Positions 1 through 10,472 of a stretch of DNA of 44,055 bases are shown piece by piece. The notes beneath the pieces were generated by a model, which had not been told where the DNA came from, ran no database searches, and was given only the letters and a program-made list of their open reading frames with translations. How positions within the stretch are numbered: the first letter of the stretch is position 1; every line of letters begins with the position of its first letter. Both the position numbers and the translations under genes were made by a program. This DNA comes from a virus (taxonomy: Duplodnaviria; Heunggongvirae; Uroviricota; Caudoviricetes), in the IMG/VR virus record IMGVR_UViG_2778261667_000008, positions 1 to 44,055 of that record. The stretch is one strand, 5' to 3'.

Positions 1-1146
1 GCCATCATCCGGCATCACCACATTACTGCGGTTATAGGTCCACACCTTATCCGACGGTCGGTCCTGCACGAACGTCAGCGTCTGCCCGTTCCATACCGGC
101 ATACAGCGCATCGCCGAGCAGAAATCGCTGAGAACATCCCACGCCTTACGCTGCGTGGTCAGGTAAGCGTTACAGGTGATGCGCGGCTCCGTGCCACCAA
201 AGCCATCCGGCACCGACTGGTCGCAATTCTGGCCGATGACATACAGCGCCCATTTATCCACATCCGCTGCACCAAGACGTTTCCCCATGCCGTAGCGCGG
301 ATGGGTCAGCATATCCCACAGACACCAGGCCATGTTGTTGCTGTATGCCGGTTTAAACGTTCCGTCCCAGATACCGCTGTATTGTCGCGTCTGCGGGTTA
401 TAGTTCGACGGCACCTGCAGAATGCGCCCGCGCAGATGATAATTACGGCTCACCTGCTGGCTGCCGAACTGCTCCGAATCCACCTGCACGCCGACCAGTG
501 CCGTGTTCGGGTAGCACTGTTTCACATCGATGATTTCGGTGTATGACGACCAGAGCGTTTTGTTCTGCAGCTGGTCTGTGGTGCTGTCCGGCGTCATCCT
601 GCGCATCCGGATATTAAACGGGCGCGGCGGCAGGTTACCCACCACCACCGAGGCCAGATACTGCGAGGTGGTTTTGCCTTTAATGGTGATGTCTTTTTCC
701 GTCACCCAGCCACCGTTACGCTGTATCTGAACCAGCAGGCGGACTTCCGATGGATTCCTGTCCCCCTTTGAGGTGGTTTCCACCAGTGCCTGCACACCGA
801 AGGTAAAACGCAGACGGTCGATGTTTGCCGACGTGATGGTCCGGGTGATCGGCGTGTCGTATTTCACTTCCGTACCCAGTACCGTCTCGGAACCTGATGA
901 TTCAAATCCCTCCGGCGGTGTCTGCTCCTGCTCACCTGCCCGGAACACCACCGTGACACCGGAGATGTTGGTATTCCCCTCACTGTCCAGCACCGGTGTA
1001 CTGTTCAGCAACACGCTTTTTAATCCATCCCCCGGACCTTCAATCGGCCCTTCGCTGATGGCATCGATCACACTCAGCAACTGCGTGGATTTCAGGTTGT
1101 CCTTCGCTTCGCGCGGGGTATGCCCCTTACTGCTGCCTTTACCCAT
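1..1146 (-). CDS. J: Tail tip / host-specificity protein J, N-terminal ~380 codons (gene continues beyond left window edge)
   Basis: Not in the ORF track because the stop lies outside the window. Reverse-strand ATG at 1146..1144 preceded by GGAG; hand translation gives MGKGSSKGHTPREAKDNLKSTQ..., which matches my recollection of the lambda J N-terminus. The plus-strand ORFs at 301-1162 are antisense to it. Confidence 0.8.
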   Translation of the reverse strand, partial: MGKGSSKGHTPREAKDNLKSTQLLSVIDAISEGPIEGPGDGLKSVLLNSTPVLDSEGNTNISGVTVVFRAGEQEQTPPEGFESSGSETVLGTEVKYDTPITRTITSANIDRLRFTFGVQALVETTSKGDRNPSEVRLLVQIQRNGGWVTEKDITIKGKTTSQYLASVVVGNLPPRPFNIRMRRMTPDSTTDQLQNKTLWSSYTEIIDVKQCYPNTALVGVQVDSEQFGSQQVSRNYHLRGRILQVPSNYNPQTRQYSGIWDGTFKPAYSNNMAWCLWDMLTHPRYGMGKRLGAADVDKWALYVIGQNCDQSVPDGFGGTEPRITCNAYLTTQRKAWDVLSDFCSAMRCMPVWNGQTLTFVQDRPSDKVWTYNRSNVVMPDDG

Positions 1147-1206
1147 TCGTCATGCTCCATAAACGACAAAACCGCCCGGAGGCGGTTTCACATAAAATAT
1201 TTTGCA

Positions 1207-1854
1207 TCATCGACCAATCACCACAACCTGACCACCATCCCCTTCGTCTGCCGTGCTGATCTCCTGAGATACCACGCGTGACCCCACGCGCATTTCACCG
1301 TACAGAACGGGCAGAACATTCCCCTGGGCAACCATGTTATCCAGTGAGGAGAAATACGTGTTCTGTTTGCCGTTATCCGTTGTCTGTGTGCGGGGAGTTC
1401 TGGCTTTCGGTGCCAGCATCTGCGCCACACCGCCCAGGATCATACTGGCCCCTACCGCATACATACCCGATACAGCCGCGACACCCAGCCAGCCCACAGG
1501 GTTCCACCATGCCACCGCAATCAGCGCAGCCCCCAGCACTGCCTGAAAAACACCGCCACTTTTGGCACCCGCCAGACGCGGTACGATGTGGATCACGGCA
1601 CCATTTGCCAGCGGCTCATTAAGACGGGCAGATAATTCGTTTTCGCCTGCATCACGCCCGGCAATGCGCACCTGATACCAGCCCTCATTCAGTTTCTGAC
1701 GAAACGCCGGGAGCTGCGTGGCCAGCGCCCGGATAGCTTCGGCTCCCGTTTTCACACGAAGGTCGATGCGGTGGCCAAATCGTTGCAAATCCCCGTAAAG
1801 GCAGATGCGTGCCATGCCCGGTGACGCCAGAGGGAGTGTGTGCGTCGCTGCCAT
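1207..1854 (-). CDS. I: Tail assembly protein I-like
   Basis: 215 aa; Gly/Ala-rich hydrophobic middle and C-terminus ...GEMRVGSRVVSQEISTADEGDGGQVVVIGR as in lambda gpI; sits between K and J as in lambda. Confidence 0.8.
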   Translation of the reverse strand: MAATHTLPLASPGMARICLYGDLQRFGHRIDLRVKTGAEAIRALATQLPAFRQKLNEGWYQVRIAGRDAGENELSARLNEPLANGAVIHIVPRLAGAKSGGVFQAVLGAALIAVAWWNPVGWLGVAAVSGMYAVGASMILGGVAQMLAPKARTPRTQTTDNGKQNTYFSSLDNMVAQGNVLPVLYGEMRVGSRVVSQEISTADEGDGGQVVVIGR

Positions 1855-2495
1855 TTGTCGGTATACCTCTCTCGTTTGCTCAGTTGTTCAGGAATATGGT
1901 GCAGCAGCTCGCCGTCGCCGCAGTAAATGGCGGCATGATTCGGCACCGATGAACCAAAGCAGCACAGCAGCACATCGCCCGGCTGCGCCTCTGTCAGTGC
2001 GGCACGGTAAAAACCAGTCGCCTCCATATTGTCAAGATAGAGATTCTGGCCGTTACGCCACCAGTCATCCCCGCGATGAAAATCCGGCATCTCAATTCCC
2101 GCCAGATGGTAAGCGTCCCGGAACAGCGTGTAACAGTCCGTCACCCCGTGCTCAAAGCGCCGCCCGGTGAGATGCGGCACACAGCGGAACTTATGAATCG
2201 CCCCGCGGCAGACCAGCCACCACGGCAAATCACTCTGCACCTGCAGCCGCCGGTCGGCCTCACTCAGCCAGGGCAGACCACCGGGGTGGCTGTGGACCAG
2301 CGCCACAATCTCACCCTGCATCTCTGCCTGCAGCCAGTCCTCCGGAGCCATCCGGAAATACTCCTCCGGCTCACCGGAAATATTCACGCAGGGAAAATAT
2401 CTTTCCCCCTCCGGCGTTCTCACCACGAAGCCGCACGACTCCGCTGGCGCACATCGCCGGGCGTGCGCCAGAATCGCTGATTCTGTCTCTGTCAT
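1752..2495 (-). CDS. K: Tail assembly protein K-like (JAB/MPN + NlpC/P60-type)
   Basis: 247 aa, ATG at 2495..2493; HSHP motif and Cys/His region typical of lambda gpK; 3' end overlaps the start of I. Confidence 0.8.
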   Translation of the reverse strand: MTETESAILAHARRCAPAESCGFVVRTPEGERYFPCVNISGEPEEYFRMAPEDWLQAEMQGEIVALVHSHPGGLPWLSEADRRLQVQSDLPWWLVCRGAIHKFRCVPHLTGRRFEHGVTDCYTLFRDAYHLAGIEMPDFHRGDDWWRNGQNLYLDNMEATGFYRAALTEAQPGDVLLCCFGSSVPNHAAIYCGDGELLHHIPEQLSKRERYTDKWQRRTHSLWRHRAWHASAFTGICNDLATASTFV

Positions 2496-2500
2496 GGGAT

Positions 2501-3199
2501 TTACTGCGAAAGTTTGTTAATGGAAAGGAAGCCGCCAAAGTTGCCGACGTTATTGCGGAACTTACAGCCACTCAGGCATTTGCTGCATTTATCCTTCGTG
2601 ATATTGGACGTCGGCTGGTCATATTCATCCGCGACCGCCGGACCGCTATAACCGCACTCATCACCGCGATAGGTCCAGGTGCAGGTGTTGGCCAGCATGA
2701 TGCGCCCCGGAAAAACAGCACCATCCGTTTCCGTCGGCGTGGACAGCACAAAGGCCGCGCTAACCGCGTTCAGTTCGCTGCACTGCTCGATGCGCCAGCG
2801 GCTGATCACCTCCTGCTCCGGATCGGCTTCGCTGTTTCCGTTGACGAAGTTCACCGCATCCAGAAAACGGGCGTAAACCTTACGCCGGACCACCGTTCCG
2901 CCGACCAGACTCTGCAGATCTTCCGCCATCCCGGTGACCATGCCGTGCAGGTTTGATACCTTAAGTGTGGGACGTGCGCTGCTGCCCTTACCGTTCATCT
3001 CAAAGCCGCTTCCCTGAATGGGGTACGCCTGATACTTTCGCCCCTGCCAGGTAACCGGTTCACCTTTTTCGTTCTGCTCATTGCAGAAAAAGTAACGCTC
3101 CCCACCGACCTCTGTCAGATCAATTTCCCAGAGCACCACGCTGGCCGACTGCTCCGCACGGATACATTCATTCAGTGTTTCCTGTCGTATGTCCTGCAT
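2501..3199 (-). CDS. L: Minor tail protein L-like
   Basis: 232 aa, same length as lambda gpL; Cys cluster near C-terminus (CSKCLSGC); start codon overlaps the M stop. Confidence 0.8.
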   Translation of the reverse strand: MQDIRQETLNECIRAEQSASVVLWEIDLTEVGGERYFFCNEQNEKGEPVTWQGRKYQAYPIQGSGFEMNGKGSSARPTLKVSNLHGMVTGMAEDLQSLVGGTVVRRKVYARFLDAVNFVNGNSEADPEQEVISRWRIEQCSELNAVSAAFVLSTPTETDGAVFPGRIMLANTCTWTYRGDECGYSGPAVADEYDQPTSNITKDKCSKCLSGCKFRNNVGNFGGFLSINKLSQ

Positions 3200-3495
3200 C
3201 AGATCACCACTTCGTCAAACTGACATGAAAAATCGGTATAGGTGATATGTTCTGTCGCTGACCACGTTCGACACACCACTCTGATTTTTCTGTTAATACC
3301 CGGCGGGCGCCAAAAAAAAGATTTATAGCCTCCATGCCGAGCCAGAAACAGTTCAAATGAATTACGTTCATTCGCCTCAACCCTGAAATCACAGGTAAAA
3401 ACACGCAGAGAATGATTAAGTCCGTTTGGGCTTCGTTGTTCATAACCATCGCCAAATCTTACAGTTTTTATCGATGGCTTATTTTCTGTTTTCAT
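3199..3495 (-). CDS. M: Minor tail protein M-like
   Basis: ORF track starts at 3537 with a GTG; the first ATG with an SD (AGAGGATGGA) is at 3495 (MKTENKPSIKTVRFGDGY...), which aligns with the lambda gpM N-terminus (VRFGDGY motif). Confidence 0.7.
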   Translation of the reverse strand: MKTENKPSIKTVRFGDGYEQRSPNGLNHSLRVFTCDFRVEANERNSFELFLARHGGYKSFFWRPPGINRKIRVVCRTWSATEHITYTDFSCQFDEVVI

Positions 3496-3529
3496 TCCAT
3501 CCTCTGGTAACCAGTAAAATTCTTCCGTA

Positions 3530-6500
3530 TTAGCCACTTAACATTCCTCCATCACGTCGCATATTTAACAGAGCGCCCTGCACCCGCTGATCAACCATCC
3601 CCATAAGTGCTTTTATTGCCTGAGGACCAATCTCTCCATTCTGGCCGTCATTTTGAATAGTGATTTGGTATACAGGGGCATAAGTAATATCTCTGCCTCC
3701 ATTACCACTTTTACTATTAATAGCTCTGACACCAAGAGAACCATCGGAAGTTCGCGTTAATGGCATAATAGCTTCCGGTCCAGCCTCACCAAAAACACCA
3801 GCTCCTTTTGCAAAAGCAAAAAATTGCGGGGAGTCATAAATACCGTTCGAATATGTACTCAATGACGGAGACTCATAAACACCGCCCTTTGCATTCGGAA
3901 TAAATTTACTAATAGCACTCCCGATAGTTCCTAAAATACCCCCAGAAGAACTGTTACTAATGCTGTCGAAAATCCCAGTAATTGAAGCCTTTAATGCAAT
4001 TCGACTAAGATCCGAAATCACGGAAGTAGCGAAAGAACGAAAATTTGCCTTGCCTGTCGTGACAAAATCACCTAGCGCATCGGTCATCCCATCAAACATC
4101 TGAGTCGTGGTTGATTTTATCTGCGCACCGATATCCTTAGTGTCATCCAGCCAGTTATTGAATCCCTGGGAGGCACCACTAATCCAGTCTCCTGCCTGAA
4201 TATCGAGCTGCTCGTTTTTCTGGCTGACAATTTCTTTTTCTCGTTCCAGAGCATCATTCAGAGCCTGCATTTTCTCCTGAAAAACATGATTTGACATTCC
4301 ACGGGATTTATCTGCATAGTCACGTTCAAGTTGCAGACGCTGATTGTTATATTCACGTTCAATCCGCAGTAATTCCTGCTGGCGTTGCTGATTTTTATCG
4401 CCAACCCCATAACCAGCAATCTGAATATCATACCCCTGCTGACGATTATCAATCGAAGCCTGCAATGAATCACGCCATGCGGCTATTTCGGCGGATTCTT
4501 TGATTAGCCTGCTATTTTTTTCAATCGCAACATTTTTCTCCATCAACGCGGTTATTTCTTCCCGGTGTAAGAGAAGTGATTTCTGCTCTTGGGTTAATTT
4601 CGATGACGGTCGTGACTCTAGGTCGGCAATCTGCTGACGCCACTTAACCAGTTCCTGTTCAGAGGAACTTAATTTAACGGTCAATTCAGCTTGTGAACTT
4701 AGTAACGCATTCTGTTGATTCAGATGATCAATCATTCGTTGGGCAGCATCATCCGAATAACCTTTCGCCTTTGGTTGCTTTGGATCTTTATAACGCTCAT
4801 TTATTTGAGCGATAAGATTATTATATTCTTCCTTTGAATACTGATTCTTTAGCTTTTCCAGTTTTGCAAGTTCACTAGCTCTCTGCTGCTCCCGGGTCTG
4901 ATATTGTTTTGAAAAAGCATCTGCTCTCTGTCTGAGTTCAATTCCTTCCTGTTGTCGCTTGTTGTAATCGTTTATTGATGAATTTAGTACGTCCTGAGCA
5001 ATTTTTTCTGCTTGAAGTACGCCCAATTGCTGCTTTAATCGTGCCAGCTTTTTATTTTGAGCTCCGCCATCTCCAATGCCACCTAACCCGAAAACTCCGG
5101 GTCGGGTATTTTTTTCTATTTCATCAATTTGACGGAGAACATCTGAGATTTTTTGATCAAGGGAGGCCTCACGGCCAATATCCAGCATGGAATCCCATGC
5201 CCATTTTGCGGAGTCTGCGACAGCTTTCCATGCAGTCTCAAGATAACCAAGATTTTCTTTAATCTGGTTGGTGCGCTGGATCATTGAGGATGAGTATGCT
5301 TCTGTCGCAATGCGGGCGGCCTCCTGCTGGTTCCCTTCATCCTGTAGCGCCTTAATTTGGTTATAAGTCGCAAGTGTCAGAAAATGGTACTGATCATTAA
5401 GTTTTGATATAGCACTGACAGGATCCTTTGCAATTTCATTGAAGTCATTAACCAGTTGTTCGGTTGATATTCCTGTTACTTCGCTCGTTTTTACTATCGC
5501 TGTCGTCACTTGCTCCAGCGAACTGCTCGCTACCTTTCCCGAACGCACAAGCTGGTTTAATACTGCCGCCGCAGCGCCAGTTGTCGAATCAGCCGCATTC
5601 CCGGCACGTTGAGCTATATCGGCCAATTGCCCGCTGGTTGTCCCCAACTGATTTCCGGTAAGAATAAGAGATTTATTAAATTCGTTCTGCTCCTGAGAGC
5701 CTTTATAGTAAGCCAGCCCTAAGACGCCAACGGCTGCTGCGGCCAGGGTAAAAGGATTAATTAATCCCAGCACATAAGAACCAACACCTTTGATCGCCGG
5801 GCCAATCCCACCGAACATATCTTTTAGCTGGCCGCCCTGCTGCATTAACACCATAAAAGGCGACTGACCAGTGGACAACCCAACAACAATATCCGTCATT
5901 TGTGCAGGCAACATGCGCATAGCAAAAGCCGTTTGTTTTGCCGACATTCCGGTTTTGCTTAGTTGCGATTGAGTAGCCTCAAGCTCACTCCGCATAGCAC
6001 GAAGTTTTCCTGAAAGCTCCTCATACATTTCAGGAGAAAGCATCCCCTTGGCTTTTGCTTCGCTGAGTTGCTTTTGCTGCTCTGTCAGGCGGTTAAAAGC
6101 AGTTCCGACAGGGTCAAGTTGAGCAATCAGACGTTGCAAAGCAACAACCTGTTCATCATGCGCTTTTGCTGCTTCTCGCTCTGCCTGAGCCTCTCCGGTA
6201 AGCTCTCGCCGTGTTTCCTGTATTTTTCGGCTATAATTCTCAAACTGAGAACCATTTATTTTCCCGGATGCAAACGCAGCATTAAGTTCATCCTGCTGTT
6301 GTTCAAGATTTCTTAGCGCCGCAGCCAGAGGGTCGATCTTGTCCAGCATTCTTTGAAAGGCCTGAGCCTGCGCTTCCTGCTGGGCGGCAGCAAGTTTTCC
6401 GGCCTTCTCGGCTTCTCTCTGCGCTTGCGCAACCCCGCTCAATTCCTCTGTGGTTTCATTAAGTTTACGGACAAGAAATTCATATTCTTCTTTATCAATA

Positions 6501-6763
6501 AGCCCTTTATCGAAAAATTTCTTTAATTCAGAATAGCGTCGACCGACAGTATCAATTGCGGCACCAACTGGATCAATAGCTGCTTTTAATTTTGCGAGCG
6601 CGTTCTTCTCATCTTCTGTTGCCTTAGTCACTTTCCCTGCGCTATTTGCAGCAGTTTTCCCAGCCTGCGTCATTTTGACTAATGAGGAGGTCAGATTGTC
6701 AGCATTATTTTTCGCTCCAGTGCTATCAATAATTATTGCGAGACGCGAGGTTTGCTCTGCCAT
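3530..6763 (-). CDS. Tail tape measure protein
   Basis: 1077 aa; long coiled-coil-rich Q/E/K/A sequence, Gly-rich hydrophobic segment, position immediately downstream of the G/GT chaperone genes; AGGAG SD before ATG at 6763. Confidence 0.85.
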   Translation of the reverse strand: MAEQTSRLAIIIDSTGAKNNADNLTSSLVKMTQAGKTAANSAGKVTKATEDEKNALAKLKAAIDPVGAAIDTVGRRYSELKKFFDKGLIDKEEYEFLVRKLNETTEELSGVAQAQREAEKAGKLAAAQQEAQAQAFQRMLDKIDPLAAALRNLEQQQDELNAAFASGKINGSQFENYSRKIQETRRELTGEAQAEREAAKAHDEQVVALQRLIAQLDPVGTAFNRLTEQQKQLSEAKAKGMLSPEMYEELSGKLRAMRSELEATQSQLSKTGMSAKQTAFAMRMLPAQMTDIVVGLSTGQSPFMVLMQQGGQLKDMFGGIGPAIKGVGSYVLGLINPFTLAAAAVGVLGLAYYKGSQEQNEFNKSLILTGNQLGTTSGQLADIAQRAGNAADSTTGAAAAVLNQLVRSGKVASSSLEQVTTAIVKTSEVTGISTEQLVNDFNEIAKDPVSAISKLNDQYHFLTLATYNQIKALQDEGNQQEAARIATEAYSSSMIQRTNQIKENLGYLETAWKAVADSAKWAWDSMLDIGREASLDQKISDVLRQIDEIEKNTRPGVFGLGGIGDGGAQNKKLARLKQQLGVLQAEKIAQDVLNSSINDYNKRQQEGIELRQRADAFSKQYQTREQQRASELAKLEKLKNQYSKEEYNNLIAQINERYKDPKQPKAKGYSDDAAQRMIDHLNQQNALLSSQAELTVKLSSSEQELVKWRQQIADLESRPSSKLTQEQKSLLLHREEITALMEKNVAIEKNSRLIKESAEIAAWRDSLQASIDNRQQGYDIQIAGYGVGDKNQQRQQELLRIEREYNNQRLQLERDYADKSRGMSNHVFQEKMQALNDALEREKEIVSQKNEQLDIQAGDWISGASQGFNNWLDDTKDIGAQIKSTTTQMFDGMTDALGDFVTTGKANFRSFATSVISDLSRIALKASITGIFDSISNSSSGGILGTIGSAISKFIPNAKGGVYESPSLSTYSNGIYDSPQFFAFAKGAGVFGEAGPEAIMPLTRTSDGSLGVRAINSKSGNGGRDITYAPVYQITIQNDGQNGEIGPQAIKALMGMVDQRVQGALLNMRRDGGMLSG

Positions 6764-6782
6764 TTATTAAAACTCCTGACAA

Positions 6783-6809
6783 CAAAAAACCCACCGAAGT
6801 GGGTTTCAG
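6783..6809 (-). terminator. Intrinsic terminator-like hairpin between GT chaperone genes and tape measure gene
   Basis: Minus-strand sequence AACCCAC-TTCG-GTGGGTT followed by TTTTGTTG. Confidence 0.45.
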
Positions 6810-6926
6810 GCGACATAATAGTAGATATAGCGATTACGAGGTCACGCAATGCTTTTCTCCAGGAGCATCATCGATTTAATTAAAGACACCATCACATCTC
6901 TGTAACAGAGTGTACGTAATTAACAA

Positions 6927-7247
6927 CTACACACACTGCTCCTGAAAATACTGGTCATCCAGTGCAAAGATCACTGCTTCAAATTCATCGCGCTCAATCA
7001 ATACCGGATGAGTGGCTAAATATTCATTTATCTCTGTCAGAGATAAAGGCAAAGGCACCCCAGTCATTCCAGCATAACGTCGGGCACGGGATATTACCGA
7101 ATAGGCGTACAACAATTCCTTAAGCACCGGGTCTATTTCTGGTTCCGGTATCGGTGGCAACCTGAGTTTTTCTCGCTTCCATCTTGCCTTTTCCCCCCTT
7201 TCTCCCCCGAACTCCGATAACCACCGTTGGGCGGCTATGGCTTTTTT
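6927..7247 (-). CDS. C-terminal extension of tail assembly chaperone (GT-type product reached by -1 frameshift)
   Basis: The -1 frame is open from the slippery heptamer at 7247..7241 through the 77-aa ORF ending at 6927 (hand translation KKAIAAQRWLSEFGGERGEKARWKREKLR then LPPIPEPEID...). Confidence 0.6.
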   Translation of the reverse strand, partial: KKAIAAQRWLSEFGGERGEKARWKREKLRLPPIPEPEIDPVLKELLYAYSVISRARRYAGMTGVPLPLSLTEINEYLATHPVLIERDEFEAVIFALDDQYFQEQCV

Positions 7248-7696
7248 ATCGTATCCTGCTTCTGCTGCTCTTTACCCTGGGCGATGCTGGCTGCTTCTGC
7301 AAGGATCTGCCAGTACAACTCTGGATTCTGCCTAAGCAGCGCGATCCCTCGTTCTGGCGTATATTCCAGTGCAACCTCAACACCATTAACCAGTTCACCA
7401 ACCCCTTTCCAGTCTTTCAGCAGATAACGAGCGGCATTATCAATGAGTAAATCATCAACAGAATCCACCTCGGAAACCTTTGAAATATCAAACTCCTTCG
7501 TTCCGACGTGCAAACTGGCATCCATTTTCTCAATGTGGCGACGGATTAATGCATTACGGGAGCGATACTGATCGTTATCGCTGCTTGCCACCAACAGTTT
7601 TAACCCGTCTACAGGTTTTAAGTCCTTCATTGGCGTAAACCAGCGTTCTCCACCGATGATAATTTTCTGATTAAGAATAAACATCCATAACCTCAT
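7235..7696 (-). CDS. Tail assembly chaperone (G-like)
   Basis: 153 aa, acidic, between major tail protein and tape measure genes; ends at the slippery site. Confidence 0.65.
   Translation of the reverse strand: MRLWMFILNQKIIIGGERWFTPMKDLKPVDGLKLLVASSDNDQYRSRNALIRRHIEKMDASLHVGTKEFDISKVSEVDSVDDLLIDNAARYLLKDWKGVGELVNGVEVALEYTPERGIALLRQNPELYWQILAEAASIAQGKEQQKQDTIKKP
7241..7247 (-). promoter_or_regulatory. Programmed -1 ribosomal frameshift slippery heptamer A AAA AAG
   Basis: Minus-strand AAAAAAG located 2 codons before the stop of the 153-aa chaperone ORF; zero frame reads ATA AAA AAG CCA TAG. Confidence 0.6.
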
Positions 7697-7744
7697 TCAA
7701 TGCGTCCCCCTGTAGTGCAGTACCACAGGGGGAATAACGGAAAA

Positions 7745-8707
7745 TCAACTAATCGCCTCAGCACTGGCTTTTGCGATCACGGCAGCCGGAGAGTTTTTTT
7801 TTCTGGTTATCGTAGGTGCTTCATCTGCTGCGGTAATGCTCAATTGAACCTGGATAATGTCGGTATTACCCCCATCAGGCCATTCACCTGACACCTGAAC
7901 CTTCGGGAAACTGAAAGTGTATGCCCCCTCTCCATTCGAAAGCGTGAAGCTGAACGGAACTGTTTCTCCAGTCAGTGTTTTACTCCAGATTTCCCATGCA
8001 GCTTTAGACCATGAAAGCGTCACCGTACCGGACGGTGTAAAAGTAGTCGGAATATTTGCTCCTGCATAAGGCGAGCCAGTCCCGATACAACGCTGTGTCT
8101 GGAGTTTGTTATCGAACTGAATATCAAAACTGTCGATACAAAAACCGTTACCTCCGGCAACACCATTCAGGCTTACTGCTGAAACCTCCTTAAACGAATA
8201 ACGTAGCTTTCCTGCACTATCCACAGGTTCGCCTTTGATAAAATTCGTATCATCGGCCTTTGATTCCCAGTCCAGTCCGGCAAAGGTTACGGTCGCTGTA
8301 ATATCGCCGTCGTTAGGGATCTGCATTTTCCATGAGCCAACCTGCGCTCCTCTGACGACAGAGGCAATTCCGACATCGGACGCATAGGTCGCCAGAGAAA
8401 ATGTTATTCGCTCATTCCCCATTGTCAGAGAATCGCCTGACCATTCCGCGCCGAAACAGGATGCAAGAAAATCATCATGTTGACCCCAGCGAAATTTGGT
8501 ACCAACATCACCGCCGACATCCACAGTGCCAGGCGTCGCCCCCTGAGCCATCCGGGAGCCACCAATCTCATTATTTTCGCCTTTATTCTGGGTGGGTTTT
8601 ACTCCCCAGCTTGTGCGTTTTAATAAACTCCAGTCACCACTTGCTGGCGTAGTGCCTGCAACCGTCTCCCGGATAAATGCCGAGATAACCTTTGCACCTG
8701 AACTCAC
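7745..8707 (-). CDS. Major tail protein (tube), with C-terminal Ig-like extension
   Basis: 320 aa, Gly/Ser/Thr-rich beta-type composition; position upstream of the G/GT chaperones. Confidence 0.6.
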   Translation of the reverse strand: MSSGAKVISAFIRETVAGTTPASGDWSLLKRTSWGVKPTQNKGENNEIGGSRMAQGATPGTVDVGGDVGTKFRWGQHDDFLASCFGAEWSGDSLTMGNERITFSLATYASDVGIASVVRGAQVGSWKMQIPNDGDITATVTFAGLDWESKADDTNFIKGEPVDSAGKLRYSFKEVSAVSLNGVAGGNGFCIDSFDIQFDNKLQTQRCIGTGSPYAGANIPTTFTPSGTVTLSWSKAAWEIWSKTLTGETVPFSFTLSNGEGAYTFSFPKVQVSGEWPDGGNTDIIQVQLSITAADEAPTITRKKNSPAAVIAKASAEAIS

Positions 8708-8733
8708 AGGAGCCTCCTATGTCATTAATTGCG

Positions 8734-9126
8734 CTAGAGCGCGCGATATGGAATTTGAAGATTAAGCTGGAACCAGCCATTCTTTTCGCCAACGGCTATT
8801 GAGGAAACAGCCTGGTAACTGAGACGATCGTCATCCTGAAACTCAAACAGTCCCCGCAATTTATCGGCTGTCTCAGTAATGAGTTTTGAACCAGAACCTG
8901 CGGGGACAAATAACTGAATAATGATTATCCCCGTGCGATAAACAATCGGCCCCGCGCCAATTTCATTAACTCCAGCCTGCCCGGGAATATTACTTAACCG
9001 CGCCCAGATTAACTTACCGGAAGGATCGAACGTTGGCGCGTTCGGATACAATACGTCTTTTCCATCAATAATCGTCTGTGCCGTCATTCTGGAAATAACC
9101 GTATTTCTGATTTCAGTAAATGTCAT
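8734..9126 (-). CDS. Tail terminator / minor tail protein (U-like position)
   Basis: 130 aa, position between head-tail joining genes and major tail gene. Confidence 0.45.
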   Translation of the reverse strand: MTFTEIRNTVISRMTAQTIIDGKDVLYPNAPTFDPSGKLIWARLSNIPGQAGVNEIGAGPIVYRTGIIIIQLFVPAGSGSKLITETADKLRGLFEFQDDDRLSYQAVSSIAVGEKNGWFQLNLQIPYRAL

Positions 9127-9503
9127 TTGTAAGCCTGTAAAACACCATGAAAAGCGTTGGCATACACGCCAGTTGGCGCTTGTTGTGAATGACCGTTTTC
9201 AAGAGCCTCTGCATAAGGAAGGTTATTCTGGATATAAATAACTCCGTAATTTGCAGCTTTCGAAATAACCCCGATCCCACGCTGAACCGCAATCGTACCG
9301 TTCGGATCCACGTTATCAGATATACCAAAATCGGGATGCTGTAACGACACCAGGTTGTTATTTCTGAAACGTCCGGTATCAACCGGAGCAGCAATATCAA
9401 TAGCAGTAAGAATCTGCATAGCGATGTAGCGAATTTTCAGCCCCACATCTTCCTCAATCATCCCGGCAAATATTGACGGTTCTATATCCCATGCCTTTGC
9501 CAT
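9123..9503 (-). CDS. Head-tail joining / tail completion protein
   Basis: 126 aa, start overlaps the upstream stop (translational coupling), position. Confidence 0.4.
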   Translation of the reverse strand: MAKAWDIEPSIFAGMIEEDVGLKIRYIAMQILTAIDIAAPVDTGRFRNNNLVSLQHPDFGISDNVDPNGTIAVQRGIGVISKAANYGVIYIQNNLPYAEALENGHSQQAPTGVYANAFHGVLQAYK

Positions 9504-9887
9504 TTACGCTCTCCTTAACTGGATAGAGTAAACTGATGCGGAAGGATCTACACTCGCTGTAATTACCTCGTATCGTTGTAACTGCCTTAATACAGGATCA
9601 TAAATCTCAATAATATGGTCGACAGCGGGTTTATCCGTAACCTCGCATACCAGAGCGGTTAATTTAAGGTCACCATGCAAAATATTAATCCCATCAATTC
9701 TGCCCAGCTTATAACGTGTCAACACGCCTCGCCCGGTATAGATTGCGGTGGATTCGCCGCCAGTTTCCGTCACAGGATCCCAGTGCCGGTGCGTAACGTA
9801 AGAACCAGAAAAATCACTCACGGCGTCCGCTAAATCCTCATCAAAAGCAGCGGCAACCTCTGACTGAATCTCTTCACGAAGCCCCAT
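9504..9887 (-). CDS. Head-tail adaptor / head closure protein
   Basis: 127 aa, tightly packed (ATG overlaps the previous stop), position. Confidence 0.4.
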   Translation of the reverse strand: MGLREEIQSEVAAAFDEDLADAVSDFSGSYVTHRHWDPVTETGGESTAIYTGRGVLTRYKLGRIDGINILHGDLKLTALVCEVTDKPAVDHIIEIYDPVLRQLQRYEVITASVDPSASVYSIQLRRA

Positions 9888-10282
9888 TATCCCCCCCTCA
9901 CAACCCTGACTTGTGAGCGACTAAGTCCGTACGGTTTCAGCAGTGCTATCGCAAGCTGTAAATCGGGTTCAAGCAATACAGTGCTGTTTGATGGCAACTC
10001 AGCAAATGATTTCGATACACTGACCCCGTCAGCCGACACGGCTTTACTGATAACAACGCCAGAATCATTTTTCTGCTGAAACAACTTACCGAATGAGGCA
10101 ATTCTGGCTGCATATGCTCCCGCAAGTTTTACCTCTTCCGGAATACGGGATGGGTTAATTTTCAGGTTGAAGCCATTAAGCCAGGCATTAGCCATTAAAA
10201 CAGCTTTATTTTTAGCGTTCTCACTCGTCCAAGCGTTCCCAAACGCATTATCAACGTCATCACAGGTCACGTAAGTGATCAT
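9887..10282 (-). CDS. Head-tail connector / DNA-packaging protein
   Basis: 131 aa, position downstream of the capsid gene. Confidence 0.4.
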   Translation of the reverse strand: MITYVTCDDVDNAFGNAWTSENAKNKAVLMANAWLNGFNLKINPSRIPEEVKLAGAYAARIASFGKLFQQKNDSGVVISKAVSADGVSVSKSFAELPSNSTVLLEPDLQLAIALLKPYGLSRSQVRVVRGG

Positions 10283-10285
10283 GTG

Positions 10286-10462
10286 TTACTCCTGAGTTTT
10301 CCAGCCCATAGCCTTCCAGTTGTCAACTTCATCAGGATGAACATTAGCGATAGTTGGTGCGCCGGGAAACATCTGATAATCGGTCACCATAACCACTAAC
10401 TCAATTTGCGTTTTTTGTGCGGCTTCACGCTGTGCTCTTTGCTCTTTAGTTAATCCGGCCAT
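10286..10462 (-). CDS. Small hypothetical protein (58 aa)
   Basis: Below the ORF-track cutoff. ATG at 10462 preceded by GGAGGG; hand translation MAGLTKEQRAQREAAQKTQIELVVMVTDYQMFPGAPTIANVHPDEVDNWKAMGWKTQE; fills the gap between capsid and connector genes. Confidence 0.35.
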   Translation of the reverse strand: MAGLTKEQRAQREAAQKTQIELVVMVTDYQMFPGAPTIANVHPDEVDNWKAMGWKTQE

Positions 10463-10472
10463 ATGCCCTCCA

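Noticed and set aside
301-1162. Three plus-strand ORFs (81, 66, 129 aa) at the left end
   Set aside because: They lie antisense to the J reading frame that I could translate by hand from 1146 leftwards; GC-rich antisense frames commonly stay open by chance.
1165-1190. Hairpin CCGCC-CGGA-GGCGG between genes I and J
   Set aside because: Only a short T-tract follows on the transcribed strand, so it is at best a weak attenuator; not reported as a terminator.
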